Below, piece after piece: positions 35,288 to 45,489 of a stretch of DNA of 64,000 nucleotides. The DNA is from Candidatus Sericytochromatia bacterium (GTDB lineage: Bacteria; Cyanobacteriota; Sericytochromatia; S15B-MN24; JAQBPE01). The stretch is from contig JAYKHR010000048.1 in NCBI GenBank assembly GCA_035285125.1, positions 32,001 to 96,000 on the forward strand, read 5' to 3'. The number at the start of each line of letters is the position of its first letter. The first letter of the stretch is position 1. A program made the position numbers and the translations under genes. The notes beneath the pieces were generated by a model that was not told where the DNA came from, ran no database searches, and saw only the letters and a program-made list of their open reading frames with translations.

Positions 35288-36856
35288 TCAGCCGTGAGCG
35301 CCGAGCCCCGCCACGACCTTGATCGTCCTGAGCCGGACATCCTCGGGCCCGTTGATGAAGCCCCCCATCTGGTGCACGACCTTGAGGTACTCGATGGCCT
35401 CTGAGGAAATGACCTCGCCGGGCGCCAGGATAGGGATGCCCGGCGGGTAGGGGGCGACGAACTCGGCACAGACCCGCCCCGTGGAGGTGTCGAAGGGCAC
35501 AACCTCCGTCGCCGCGAAGAAGGCCTCGCGCGGCGTCAGCTGGGCATCGGGAAGCTCGGATGGCATCGGCAGGCTGGTGGGCAGGGCGCTCGTGCCCAGC
35601 GTGCCCCAGCGGCCGGCGCGCTCGGCGAGGACCTCGAAGGCAGCCACCACACGGTCGAGATCGCGTTGGTCGTTGCCGAGCGTCACGATGAGCAGGACGT
35701 TGTGGAGCGTGGCCATCTCTGACTGGATGTTGAACTCCGAGTTCAGCACGTCGAGGGCCATGAACCCCGTCATGCCCAACCCCGTGACGTTGATGGTGAG
35801 CTTCGTGACATCGAGGTCGTGGAGCCCGCCGGCCCCACAGCGGTCACGCCCGAACACGTAAATGCCGGGCAGCGCGTTGAGGCGCCTGCGGGCGTCCTCG
35901 GCCAAGCGCACGGTCTCGCCGAGCAACTCTCGCCCGGCGACGGCCATCTGCCGGCGGGCTGTGTCGAGCGAGGCCATCAGCACGTAGTTGGGGCTGGTGC
36001 TCTGGATGAGCTGCAGCACGTTGCGCACGCGATTCACGTTCACGCGGCTCCCCTGGACATGGAGCATGGAGGCCTGCGTCATGCCCGAGATGATCTTGTG
36101 GGTCGACTGGACCACCATGTCCGCCCCTGCCTCGAGGGCAGAGACCGGCAGCCCCTCGTGGAAGTGAAAGTGGGGGCCGTGGGCCTCGTCGACGAGCAGC
36201 GGCTTGCCGTGTGCGTGGCAGATGTCCGCGATGCGCCGCAGGTCGGCCACGCCCCCGAAGTAAGTCGGGTGCACCAGGCAGACCCCCTTGGCGTCCGGGT
36301 AGGCCACGAGGGCGGCTTCCACCTCCTCGGGCGTCACGCCGTGGGCGACGCAGAGGTCATCGTCCCACGTGGGCCGGATCCAGCACGGACGGGCCCCGGA
36401 GAGGATCGTGCCGCCCAGCATCGACTTGTGGGCGTTGCGCGGCAGGATGATCCGGTCCCCCGGGTCACAGACCGTCATCACCATGACGTTGTTGCCGGTG
36501 GTCGAGCCGTTGACGAGGAAAAAGCTGTGCGCGGCGCCGTAGGCCTCCGCCGCAAGCTCCTGCGCCTCCTTGATGACGCCGTCGGGGTCGTGGAGGTTGT
36601 CTACCTCTGGCAGCTCGCACAGGTCGATGCGCAGCATGCCGTCTCCCACCAGGGCCCGGAACTCGGGGTCGGCTCCCCGCCCCTGTTTGTGCCCAGGCGT
36701 ATGGAACGCGGACATGTCCTTGCGGGCGTAGTCGCGCATCGCCTCGAACAGCGGCGCACGGGCCTGTCGGGCGAGCCACTCGACTGAGGCGAGGGGGGAA
36801 GCGAGATCGGACGGTGTCAAGGCGCCTCCAGGGACTTGGTCGAACGGGTGGATCAT
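35288..36856 (-). CDS. PLP-dependent Orn/Lys/Arg decarboxylase (YaaO/SpeA-type)
   Basis: FHTPGHKQG, LVNGST, VDEAHG, VQSTHK, QSTSPNY, PYPPGIPILAPGE. Confidence 0.92.
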   Translation of the reverse strand: MIHPFDQVPGGALTPSDLASPLASVEWLARQARAPLFEAMRDYARKDMSAFHTPGHKQGRGADPEFRALVGDGMLRIDLCELPEVDNLHDPDGVIKEAQELAAEAYGAAHSFFLVNGSTTGNNVMVMTVCDPGDRIILPRNAHKSMLGGTILSGARPCWIRPTWDDDLCVAHGVTPEEVEAALVAYPDAKGVCLVHPTYFGGVADLRRIADICHAHGKPLLVDEAHGPHFHFHEGLPVSALEAGADMVVQSTHKIISGMTQASMLHVQGSRVNVNRVRNVLQLIQSTSPNYVLMASLDTARRQMAVAGRELLGETVRLAEDARRRLNALPGIYVFGRDRCGAGGLHDLDVTKLTINVTGLGMTGFMALDVLNSEFNIQSEMATLHNVLLIVTLGNDQRDLDRVVAAFEVLAERAGRWGTLGTSALPTSLPMPSELPDAQLTPREAFFAATEVVPFDTSTGRVCAEFVAPYPPGIPILAPGEVISSEAIEYLKVVHQMGGFINGPEDVRLRTIKVVAGLGAHG

Positions 36857-36998
36857 ACCGCGAGACGCGGTGCCCGCGATAGAACGGGCCCCACGCGCAG
36901 GTCGTCTTGCACCGGTGACGAGGCGTTGGTTTCAGCCACGCAACAACCAGGCATAAAGGGTCTTGGGGCGCCTCGGGCCCACCTGGGAGGAACACAGG

Positions 36999-39140
36999 GT
37001 GCGGTGTACCCGGCGTGGTGAGTTCCTGGCGCTCGCGGCTGGTGGGGCGCTGGCGGTGGCTGGCTGCAAGGCACCGGACGCGCCCTCGCTGGCGGTGGAC
37101 GGGCGCGTGGGGCGCGTGGCGGCAGGCACCGGCCGCGTCACGGAGACCACCCGGTTCGTGACGCTGGACCTGCCCGGCGTGGACCTGCGGGACGGCCAGA
37201 TCGTGAACTGGGGCGGCGCCAAGCTCACGGTCGAGCAAGGCGGCCTGTTGGTGCCCCTGGCGCTGCTCTCGGCAGGCGAGGTGTCTGTCACCGTGCCCGG
37301 CGCAGGCGCCTTCCGCTTCGACCCCGCCCCGGCCCTCGGCGGCCCATGGGCGCGGCAGGGCGCCACGGTCGGCGGCGCTGTGAACCCCGTCGGCACCTCG
37401 CTGAGCGGGGATGCCGCCATGCCGAGTGGCGGCGGCGCGATGGCCGGCGAAGGCCCCATCACGCTTCGCCCGATCGGCACCCGAGGGCCTGAGGGTGCGA
37501 CCTTTTACCAGCTGCCGACAGGCTCCGCCCCACTCGCGCCCGGGACCAAGGTCCAGTGGGGCACGCTCACGCTGGAAGCCGTGGACGGCGGGCTCTGGCT
37601 CCCGGCGGCGTTGTTGGACGCCGGCGTGACGACCCTGGTGCTTCCCGATGGCAGGACCCTCCCGGTCGACCGGTCCAAGCTCCTTGTGGGGACGACGTTC
37701 CTGCCGCCGGACCTGGCAGGTCGCGGGGCTGGGAGTTTGGCGGGAACGCCCCTGGCCGCGAGAGGCCAGAGCCCAACGGACGTCACCGACACGCTCACCG
37801 CAAGCCTCGAACAGGTACGGGAGCTGACCACCAGCGTGGGCGGCACGGAGTCCCTTGCCAGCACCACTGGTGGCCTCCCGCTGACGCTCGCCGAGCTCCT
37901 CACTCTGCCCGGGGCGGTCCGCCGGGAGGTCGCCAGTGGGGTGTGGCACGTGCAACGAGAGGGCGCCATCAGCCTGCTGGATAGCGCCGCGACCCCCAGG
38001 CCAGACGCGGGGCTGCTCGGGGCGCTGTTCGGGCCAGCGTCGCACGACGGCACCTCCTTGTCAGGCGCAGCCTCCGGCTCGAGCGCCGGAACGGCCAGCG
38101 GCGGCGTCGTGTCCTCCAACGGCGGCACCCTGGTCTCCACCAACGGTGGCAGCCTGGTCTCCTCCAACGGCGGCAGCCTGGTCTCCACCAACGGTGGCAG
38201 CCTGGTCTCCGGCAACGGCGGCGGCGTCGTGTCACCCAATGGCGGCACCCTCATCGCCGGGAACGGCGCGGGTCTGGTCGCCGGGAACGGCGCCAACCTC
38301 ATCTCCGACGCCGGGGCAGGCCTCGTGGTCGGCTACCCCTACTTCCCGATGACCCCGCCAGCCGCCCGGCTGCGCCTGATGCAGCTGGCCCCCCAGGTGG
38401 TGCCGAGGGAACGGGTGTCCGCAGGCGGCGTCCACGAGTTCCTGTGGCCCGCCCACACCCGCGTCCGGGCCCTCGACGCGGCCGGCAATCCGCTCTCCGG
38501 CTGGATGCAGACAGACGGGGTGGGGGCCTTCACGTTCGAGTTCAAGGGGAGCGTGCCAGGCATCTTCTTCATCCAGGCGGAGCTCCAGGCCCCCATCCCG
38601 GGAAGCCCCCTCTACCGGGCTTACGCCATGGCGGTGGCCCCCACGGACGAGGGGCCGGCCCTCGTGGTGCCGGTCAACGCGAACTCCACCATGACCTCGG
38701 GCTCGACGATGCACCTCCTGACCTACATCCCCCCGGAGCATGCGCGGCTGACCAGCCTGGTCTCGAGCTACAGCACGGCCGTCTCGAACCTGGCCGCCGA
38801 AAACAAGCTGAGCACCCAGGAGTCTGCCGACATGTCGCTCTACAGCTCGTCACTCAACGTCGCGACGGACCGGCAAGGCACGCTGGGGCAGGCCTGGCAG
38901 GCCCTCGCCCCCTTGGGCTACGGGGAGGACCTCGCCCGGGCCGACAGCGCCATCTCGCAACTGGATGCAGAGGCGATGAGCAAGGCAACCTCGCTGGCTG
39001 GGGTATATGCCCCATGTACCGCTTGCGCACCGCCAACGCGTTCACGCCCGGCTCGTTCCGGGCAATCCCGCCCAACACGCCGCCGCTGCCCGCCGTCGAC
39101 CAGACTTATCTGGATACGGGGAACGGCAATGGGGGGGGCA
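36999..39140 (+). CDS. Lipoprotein with Gly-rich octapeptide repeats, paralogue 1 (3' end frameshifted, end coordinate approximate)
   Basis: GGAGGA RBS, GTG start, RR plus lipobox AVAGC; homologous along its length to the downstream gene; homology moves to another frame at 39010-39014. Confidence 0.62.
38103..38330 (+). repeat. About 9 tandem 24-nt units encoding LVS[ST]NGG[ST]-type octapeptides
   Basis: VVSSNGGT LVSTNGGS LVSSNGGS LVSTNGGS LVSGNGGG VVSPNGGT LIAGNGAG LVAGNGAN LISDAGAG. Confidence 0.9.
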
Positions 39141-39179
39141 ATGCAGCGGTCCCCTCATGGCCCCGAGGAGGATGTCTCG

Positions 39180-41342
39180 ATGTTCGTCTACCTTGCCCCG
39201 ACGTCGAACCGCCGCACCAGGGCCTGCAGGGCGCTCGTCGCGCTGAGCTTCACGGCCTCGCTGGCCGGCTGCGCAACGCCGCCGGGGGTGCTTGGGGACG
39301 AGCTCAAGTCTCGCCTGACGACCCCCGCCGGCGCCGCCCGCAATGGGACGGCCGAGCGGGCCCGGTACATCACGCTGGACCTCCCTGCGGCCAAGCTCCA
39401 GGGCGGGAAGCTGCCGCCGGGGGCCAGGCTGGTCTGGAACGGCACGCCGCTGCGCGTGGACTCGGAGGGCCGGGTGGCGGTGCCCGAGCGGTTGCTCGCG
39501 GCCCCTGGCGGGTTCACCCTCGTCATCGAGGGCGTGGGCAGCGCACGCGTCCGGCCCGACCAGCTGCAGGGCGACCGGCTGCAGGTTCCCGAGGCGGCGA
39601 TCGAGGCACTCACGCAGGACGCGGTCAGCGCCATCTTCCGGGCGGCTGATGCCAGCGCCCTGGCTGCGGCCAGCGGCGGGGCCGTCCCCCCAGGGGGCGC
39701 GGGGGGCACGGCCGACAGCCAGATGCCCACGGCCGAGCAGCTGCGGCTCGCGCCCATCCAGCTCGGGGCCAAGGTCGGGCTCTCGGCCTCCGGTCACCTC
39801 GGGGCGCTGGCGGCACTCGGCCAGGAATCGAACGGCGTTGTGACCTTCGGGCAGGGTGGGCTGACGCTCTCGCAGCTGCTGCTCGCGCCGGGGGCGGCCA
39901 CCTACGACGCGCGAACGGGCGAGACCACGTTCCAGTCGATCGAGGGCTTTCCCGGGGCGCTCCCGGTCGGCCCGAGCGGCCGGACGGCGCTGGAGCAAGC
40001 GCTCTACGGCAGCACCAGCGGCCGGGGCGTGATCGTCGGCACCAACGGGGGCACCCTGGTCAGCGGCTCCGGGGGGGCAGTGCCCGGCGGCGAAGGCGGA
40101 GCAGTGTCTGGCAGCCAGGGCGGGGCACTGATCGGCCCTGATGCCGGCGGACTGGTCTCTCGCTCGGACACGGGCCTTCTCGGCCCGGACTCCGGCTCCC
40201 TGACAGGGCAGGGCGGCAGCGGCCTCATCGGGCCAGACTCCGGCTCTCTGGTGCGGCAGCCCGGCAGCGGGCTCGTCGGGCTCGACGCCGGCTCATTGAC
40301 CCCCAAGACCGGCAGCCAACTGATCGGCCCCGATGGTGGCAACCTCATCGGCCTCGATGGGGGGGGCCTCATCGGCCTCGACGGGGGCGGCCTCATCGCC
40401 GACCGCGGCGTCGGCCTCGTCGGGCTAGACGGCGGCTCCCTGCTGGCCGAGCGAGGTGCCGGCCTGGTCGGGCTCGACGGCGGGAGCCTGGTGAACACGG
40501 GTGCCGCAGCCATGACGGGCTACCCTTACTTCCCTGCTGCTGGTCTGGCCGCCGCCAAGCACCAGCTGCTCTCCGTGGGGGTACCGGCTGCCCCACTCGA
40601 GCGCGTGACCAGCGGGGGCGTCCGGGAGGTCCTGCTGCCGGGCAAGACCCGTGTGCGGGCCATCAGCCTGCAGGGGCAGCCGCTGACGGACTGGACACAA
40701 ACCAGCCCCTCGGGTGCCTTCCAGCTCCAGCTGCCGCCCTCCGTGCCGGTGATCTTCCTGGTGCTGGCCGAGGCCCGTGTACTCGGCCAACCGGCGCAGC
40801 GGGCCTCCGCGCTGGCCTTCGCCCCAGGTGCCCTGGAGCGGCCGCTGGTGGTGCCCATCGACTCGGCCTCCACGCTCATCACCGCCTCGACCGCGTTCCT
40901 CGTGGACTACGTGCCGCGCGAGATTGCCCGCATCGAAGCCTTGCTGGAGACGCTGCCGGAAGACGACGCCTCGTACGCGCTGCTCGACGGCGACGGCCGG
41001 GGTGACGACGACCGCGACGGCCGGGACGACGATGACCGGGACGACGAGGATGAAGACGAAGACGAGGACAGCCTGCCTGCCCCCACCACCAAGCGGAGCG
41101 TGGCGGAGAAGCGGCTCAAGACGCTCGAGGCTGCCAAGACCAGCTTCAACCCCCTGTACTACGGGGTGGACACCCGGGCCGCCGACCTCCAACTCGACGC
41201 CGACCAGGCCATGGCGCTCAGCAAGGCCAGCTCGCTCGAGGAGGCCTACGCGCAGCTCCGCAACCTCTTCAAGGACAAGAAGCTCGCCCCCAAGTCGTTC
41301 AAGCCCGTGGCGCCCAAGTCGCCGCTCATCATCTCCAACTGA
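39180..41342 (+). CDS. Lipoprotein with Gly-rich octapeptide repeats, paralogue 2
   Basis: GAGGAGG RBS, ATG at 39180, own signal peptide with lipobox SLAGC; shares [FY][VI]TLDLP, LTL..LL..PGA, GYPYFP and TRVRA motifs with paralogue 1. Confidence 0.75.
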   Translation: MFVYLAPTSNRRTRACRALVALSFTASLAGCATPPGVLGDELKSRLTTPAGAARNGTAERARYITLDLPAAKLQGGKLPPGARLVWNGTPLRVDSEGRVAVPERLLAAPGGFTLVIEGVGSARVRPDQLQGDRLQVPEAAIEALTQDAVSAIFRAADASALAAASGGAVPPGGAGGTADSQMPTAEQLRLAPIQLGAKVGLSASGHLGALAALGQESNGVVTFGQGGLTLSQLLLAPGAATYDARTGETTFQSIEGFPGALPVGPSGRTALEQALYGSTSGRGVIVGTNGGTLVSGSGGAVPGGEGGAVSGSQGGALIGPDAGGLVSRSDTGLLGPDSGSLTGQGGSGLIGPDSGSLVRQPGSGLVGLDAGSLTPKTGSQLIGPDGGNLIGLDGGGLIGLDGGGLIADRGVGLVGLDGGSLLAERGAGLVGLDGGSLVNTGAAAMTGYPYFPAAGLAAAKHQLLSVGVPAAPLERVTSGGVREVLLPGKTRVRAISLQGQPLTDWTQTSPSGAFQLQLPPSVPVIFLVLAEARVLGQPAQRASALAFAPGALERPLVVPIDSASTLITASTAFLVDYVPREIARIEALLETLPEDDASYALLDGDGRGDDDRDGRDDDDRDDEDEDEDEDSLPAPTTKRSVAEKRLKTLEAAKTSFNPLYYGVDTRAADLQLDADQAMALSKASSLEEAYAQLRNLFKDKKLAPKSFKPVAPKSPLIISN
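40032..40517 (+). repeat. About 19-20 degenerate 8/9-residue repeats of LIG[LP]DGG type
   Basis: LIGPDAGG...LIGPDSGS...LIGPDGGN LIGLDGGG LIGLDGGG LIADRGVG LVGLDGGS. Confidence 0.88.
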
Positions 41343-41357
41343 GGGCCAGCCGCCAAG

Positions 41358-42329
41358 ATGCTCGTCGAACTGGCCGCAACGGCGGCGCTGGCGCTGCCTC
41401 CCACCCACTACCAGCGCGCCCGCGAGCGGCTGGAGCGGTGGGTCTCCCAGGAGCGCGAGTTGCCCGTGCAACGCGGCGCCGAGTCCCGCGTCTTCCTGCA
41501 CCCGGACACCGCCCCGCGCGGCACCCTGGTGATGTACCACGGCTTCACGGCGGGCACCTGGCAGTACGAAATCCTGGGGGCCCAGGCCTTCCGGCAGGGC
41601 TACAACGTCTTCGTGCCGCGCATGCCCGGCCACGGGCTCAAGACCGCCACCGGGGACGAGGACCCCAGCCAGCTGCTGCGGGGGACGGCCTGGCGGCAGT
41701 ACCAGCACTTCGGCGACGAGACGGTGGCGCTGGCCCGGGACCTGGGTGGCCCGCTCTCCGTGCTGGGCCTCTCGGTCGGGGGGAACGTGGCGCTCGACGT
41801 GGCGGAGCGGCACGCAGACGTGGAGCGGGTGGTGGCCTATGCCCCGTTCCTGTGGCCACTCCACGACCGCGTGGGGCGCCTGTTCGGCATCCTGAACGGC
41901 CTGGACGCCATCTTTCCGGGGCGCGCGAGCAGCGCGTTGGATGGCATCACCCACAGCTGGGGACCTGAGTGCCGGGCAGAGACCCTGAGCGGCCAGCGGC
42001 CGGGCCACTCTTACTTTCCGGCCAGTGCCGCCTTCGCCGCTGCCGCCTACGGGCTCGCCATCGAGGAGGCAGCCCCTCGGAGCCGGGCAGACCTGCAGGT
42101 GTTCATCACGGCGGTGGACGACGCGGCCCAGGAAGCCATCATCCGGCGCGTGCATCAGCGGTGGGGTGGCCGCACCCGCGGGCTGTTCCGCTACGGCCAG
42201 GCCGAGGCGGTGCCCCACCCGATGCTCCACCCCCGCGAGGACCGCGGCCGGGGCCACACCCCGAGGCTGTACCAGATGACGCTGGACTACCTGGGTACGG
42301 GCCTGCCGCTGAACCGCGACGTGCCCTGA
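41358..42329 (+). CDS. Alpha/beta hydrolase (carboxylesterase/lipase-like)
   Basis: MYHGFTA, PRMPGHG, nucleophile GLSVGG, Asp in TAVDD, His in AVPHPM. Confidence 0.85.
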   Translation: MLVELAATAALALPPTHYQRARERLERWVSQERELPVQRGAESRVFLHPDTAPRGTLVMYHGFTAGTWQYEILGAQAFRQGYNVFVPRMPGHGLKTATGDEDPSQLLRGTAWRQYQHFGDETVALARDLGGPLSVLGLSVGGNVALDVAERHADVERVVAYAPFLWPLHDRVGRLFGILNGLDAIFPGRASSALDGITHSWGPECRAETLSGQRPGHSYFPASAAFAAAAYGLAIEEAAPRSRADLQVFITAVDDAAQEAIIRRVHQRWGGRTRGLFRYGQAEAVPHPMLHPREDRGRGHTPRLYQMTLDYLGTGLPLNRDVP

Positions 42330-42335
42330 GGCCCG

Positions 42336-43694
42336 TCAAGCGGTGTGCAGCACGCCGTTGACCTCGCTGACGCGCGTGTAGGGCGAGCGGGACTCCACCT
42401 GGTAGAACGTCTTGTCGAAGTGGATCTGGACGCCGGGCTGGAACCCCCCGTGCGAGGCGACGAACACGGGCCGCTCGTTCGCGACGGGCGTGTCGACCCG
42501 CCGCTCGTGGAGCTCAGCCGTGTACTGGTCCAGCCTCGCCTCGATCTGGACCTTGATTTCCCGCGTCTTCTCGTAGGCGCCCGGCGGTGCGTTCGGGTTC
42601 GCCAGGATGGCGTTGAAGGTGTGGTTGACGGTCGTGAGCTGGGTGGTGAGGATCGCGATGGCCCGCTCGAGCTGCTCGATGACCTTGGCCTGCCGGCTGC
42701 GGCGCACGTCGACGTGGGTGGCCGTGCCGCCAGCCACCCCGACCTGGTCGGCCGCCACGTACTCGCCGGCCAGCACGGCCCCCCCGATGAGCTTCTTGCC
42801 GACCTTGATGGCAAGGCCCGCCGTCAGGAAGGAGTGCATCGCGGACTCCACCACCAGCAGGTTGGAGCGGGTCGTCACCGTCGACTCGGAGTCAACAAAC
42901 TTCGCCGTGACGTCGCCGTGCGCCGTGATGACGGAGTGCTGCCGCACCCCGCCCTTGACGCTGACGGCGCCCCCGGCCTCGAGGAAGGCCCCCTCGATCA
43001 CCCCGCCCACCTCGATGTCCTGGGTTGCCTTCACCGTGAAGCCCGGCAGGATGTTGCCCCCGATCTTCACGGAGCCCTGGAAGTTGATGTTGCCCACGGC
43101 GTAGTCGACGTCGCCCGACACCACCACGATGGGCTGCACGGAGACGCGTGAGCCATCCACCGTCGGCTGGCCGTCGATCAGGGCCGTGATGAACAGGCCG
43201 TCTTCTGATAGCTCGACGTTCTGGCCGGCGCGCAGCATCACGTCCTTGCCGTCCCGGCCCGCCAGCGGCTCCCCCAGCACGCTGATGCCTGGCTTGCAAG
43301 GCTGCGCCGGGGTCTTGGCCGCCAACACCTGCCCCTTGGTGACGTTCTCGATGGTGCCGAGCTCGCGATGGTCCACGCGGCCGTCGCTGAGCTCGCGCGG
43401 GCGCCCCCGGCGCTCATCGCCGCTCCGGAAGAAGTAGGTGACGGAGGCGTCCTTGCCGGGCTCCGCAGGGGCGGCCTTCGCCACCAGCATGGGCTCCGAG
43501 ATGGGGCAGAGGGAGGCCTCGGTGACCGCCTCCGCGTCGATCCCATGGACCACCCCGGCGGCGGCGAGGGCGTGTTCGATCGCCGCGCGCGACACGGGGG
43601 CCGGGGGCTCCAACGTGACGTACGCCTCGCTGGCCCGCTCCCCGAGCGTGACGTTGATCCGGACCTCGGCGGTTGGCTCCACCGCGTCAGTCAC
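42336..43694 (-). CDS. DUF342/FapA-family protein (flagellar assembly protein A-like)
   Basis: AGVVHGID, GRVDHRELGTIENVTKGQVLA, GDVDYAVGNINFQGSVKIGGNILPGFTVKA, coiled coil. Confidence 0.85.
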   Translation of the reverse strand: MTDAVEPTAEVRINVTLGERASEAYVTLEPPAPVSRAAIEHALAAAGVVHGIDAEAVTEASLCPISEPMLVAKAAPAEPGKDASVTYFFRSGDERRGRPRELSDGRVDHRELGTIENVTKGQVLAAKTPAQPCKPGISVLGEPLAGRDGKDVMLRAGQNVELSEDGLFITALIDGQPTVDGSRVSVQPIVVVSGDVDYAVGNINFQGSVKIGGNILPGFTVKATQDIEVGGVIEGAFLEAGGAVSVKGGVRQHSVITAHGDVTAKFVDSESTVTTRSNLLVVESAMHSFLTAGLAIKVGKKLIGGAVLAGEYVAADQVGVAGGTATHVDVRRSRQAKVIEQLERAIAILTTQLTTVNHTFNAILANPNAPPGAYEKTREIKVQIEARLDQYTAELHERRVDTPVANERPVFVASHGGFQPGVQIHFDKTFYQVESRSPYTRVSEVNGVLHTA

Positions 43695-43786
43695 AGGAGC
43701 CTCCGTTCTGCAGACATGCGCGCCACCCCAGCTGACCCCATCTTACCCCCAAGCCTGGTGGCCACCGTGTGACGACCGCCGCTGGC

Positions 43787-45487
43787 TCACGCCTGGGCGG
43801 CCAGCGAGGCCATCCGCTCCGGCGCCGACACCCCGATAAGGTCCTCAAGCGCGTTGCGCAGGACCTGACGGGTGGCCGCGATCAGGGACAACCGGGCCGT
43901 CATCAGGGCCGCGTCGTCCGTCAGGACCCGGCAACTGGCGTAGAACTGGTGGAACGCCGTGGCCAGCTCCTGGGCGTACCGCGGCAACCTGTAGGGCTCA
44001 CGGGCCAGGGCCGCGGCCGCGACCTCGTCAGGGAAGCTGGCGAGCTTCAGCATCAGCTGGCGCTCGTCGGGCGCGACGAGCCTGGAGAGGTCGGCCCCCG
44101 CGAGGGCGTCCGGCGAGACGGCAGCGTCCCCGTGCTCCTGGGCGGCCATCCGCAAGATGCTGCAGATGCGCGCATGGGCGTACTGCACGTAGAAGACCGG
44201 GTTGTCGGCCGTCTCCCGCACGGCGAGGCCGAGGTCGAAGTCGAGCGTCGTGTCCGTCGAACGCATCAGCAGGAAGTAGCGCGCGGCGTCGGCGCCCACC
44301 TCGTCGATGACCTCCTGCAACGTCACCATCTCGCCCGAGCGCTTGGACATCCGCACGGGCTCACCATCTCGAAACAGGTTCACCATCTGACCGATGATGC
44401 ACTCCAGCGTGTCGGGCTTGCCGCCCAGGGCCTGCACGGAAGCGGACAGCCGGGAGACGTAGCCGTGGTGGTCGGCCCCGAGGATGTTGATCAGGCGGCT
44501 GTAGCCGCGCCGCAGCTTGTCCCAGTGGTAGGCGATGTCTGCGGCCAGGTAGGTCGGTTGGCCGTTGTCCCGCACCACGACGCGATCCTTATCGTCACCG
44601 AAGTCGGTGGAGCGAAGCCAGCGGGCCCCGTCCTTCTCGTACATGTGGCCGGTGCGCACCACGGCCTCGAGGGCCTCCGCGACGCGCCCCTCGGTATGGA
44701 GCGTCCGCTCGGAGAAGAACGCGTCGAAGTGCGTCCGCATGGCGGCGAGTGTCGCCTGCTGCAAGGCGAGCAGGTGGTCCCGGGCAAAGTCCGTCAGGCG
44801 GGCGACGCGATCGGCCTCGGGCAACGCCAGCACCCCCTCCCCCAGTTCGGCCAGGGCCGCCGCCGCCACGTCGACCATGTACTGGCCGTGGTAGCCATCC
44901 TCGGGCAACTCGACCGCCTGCCCCAGGCGCTGCCGCATGCGCACCTCGAGGGAGCGCCCCAGCAGTTGCATCTGGTTGCCGGCATCGTTGACGTAGAACT
45001 CCTGGTGAACCACATAGCCGGCGGCCTTCATCAGGTTCGCCAGGCCCGAGCCGATCGCCGCCCAGCGGCCGTGGCCGACGTGCAAGGGCCCCGTCGGGTT
45101 CGCCGAGACATACTCCAGCAGCACCCGCTCCCCACGACCGACCTCGGAGCGCCCGTAGGCGGCGCCGCCCGCGGCGATGGCCTGGAGGTTCTGCTGCAGC
45201 CAGGCGTCGGACAGCCTGACGTTGATGAAGCCGGGTGCCGCCACGGAGGCCGAGGCGATCGGGCCGCCCACGGCCAGGTGCGCGACGATGGCCTCGGCGA
45301 TCTTGAGTGGCGCCATCCGGGCCTGCCGGGCCAGCACCATCGCCACGTTGGTGGCGAAGTCCCCGTGCGAGGGATCCCGTGGCACCTCCACCCCGGGCAC
45401 CGGCGGCGCCTCGACGGGCAGCTGCCCGGCGCCGCACGCGGCGACCAGGGCCTGGTGAAGGGCGTCGGCGACGAGGGACTTCAACAT
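43787..45487 (-). CDS. argS: Arginine--tRNA ligase
   Basis: HGDFATNVAM, EYVSANPTGPLHVGHGR, GADHHGY, MSKRSG, NPVFYVQYAHARICS. Confidence 0.98.
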   Translation of the reverse strand: MLKSLVADALHQALVAACGAGQLPVEAPPVPGVEVPRDPSHGDFATNVAMVLARQARMAPLKIAEAIVAHLAVGGPIASASVAAPGFINVRLSDAWLQQNLQAIAAGGAAYGRSEVGRGERVLLEYVSANPTGPLHVGHGRWAAIGSGLANLMKAAGYVVHQEFYVNDAGNQMQLLGRSLEVRMRQRLGQAVELPEDGYHGQYMVDVAAAALAELGEGVLALPEADRVARLTDFARDHLLALQQATLAAMRTHFDAFFSERTLHTEGRVAEALEAVVRTGHMYEKDGARWLRSTDFGDDKDRVVVRDNGQPTYLAADIAYHWDKLRRGYSRLINILGADHHGYVSRLSASVQALGGKPDTLECIIGQMVNLFRDGEPVRMSKRSGEMVTLQEVIDEVGADAARYFLLMRSTDTTLDFDLGLAVRETADNPVFYVQYAHARICSILRMAAQEHGDAAVSPDALAGADLSRLVAPDERQLMLKLASFPDEVAAAALAREPYRLPRYAQELATAFHQFYASCRVLTDDAALMTARLSLIAATRQVLRNALEDLIGVSAPERMASLAAQA

Positions 45488-45489
45488 GG

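Noticed and set aside
36963..41342. Single 1459-aa protein from the ORF track
   Set aside because: An internal RBS, ATG and second lipoprotein signal at 39180, duplicated architecture, and out-of-frame homology at the junction indicate two genes.
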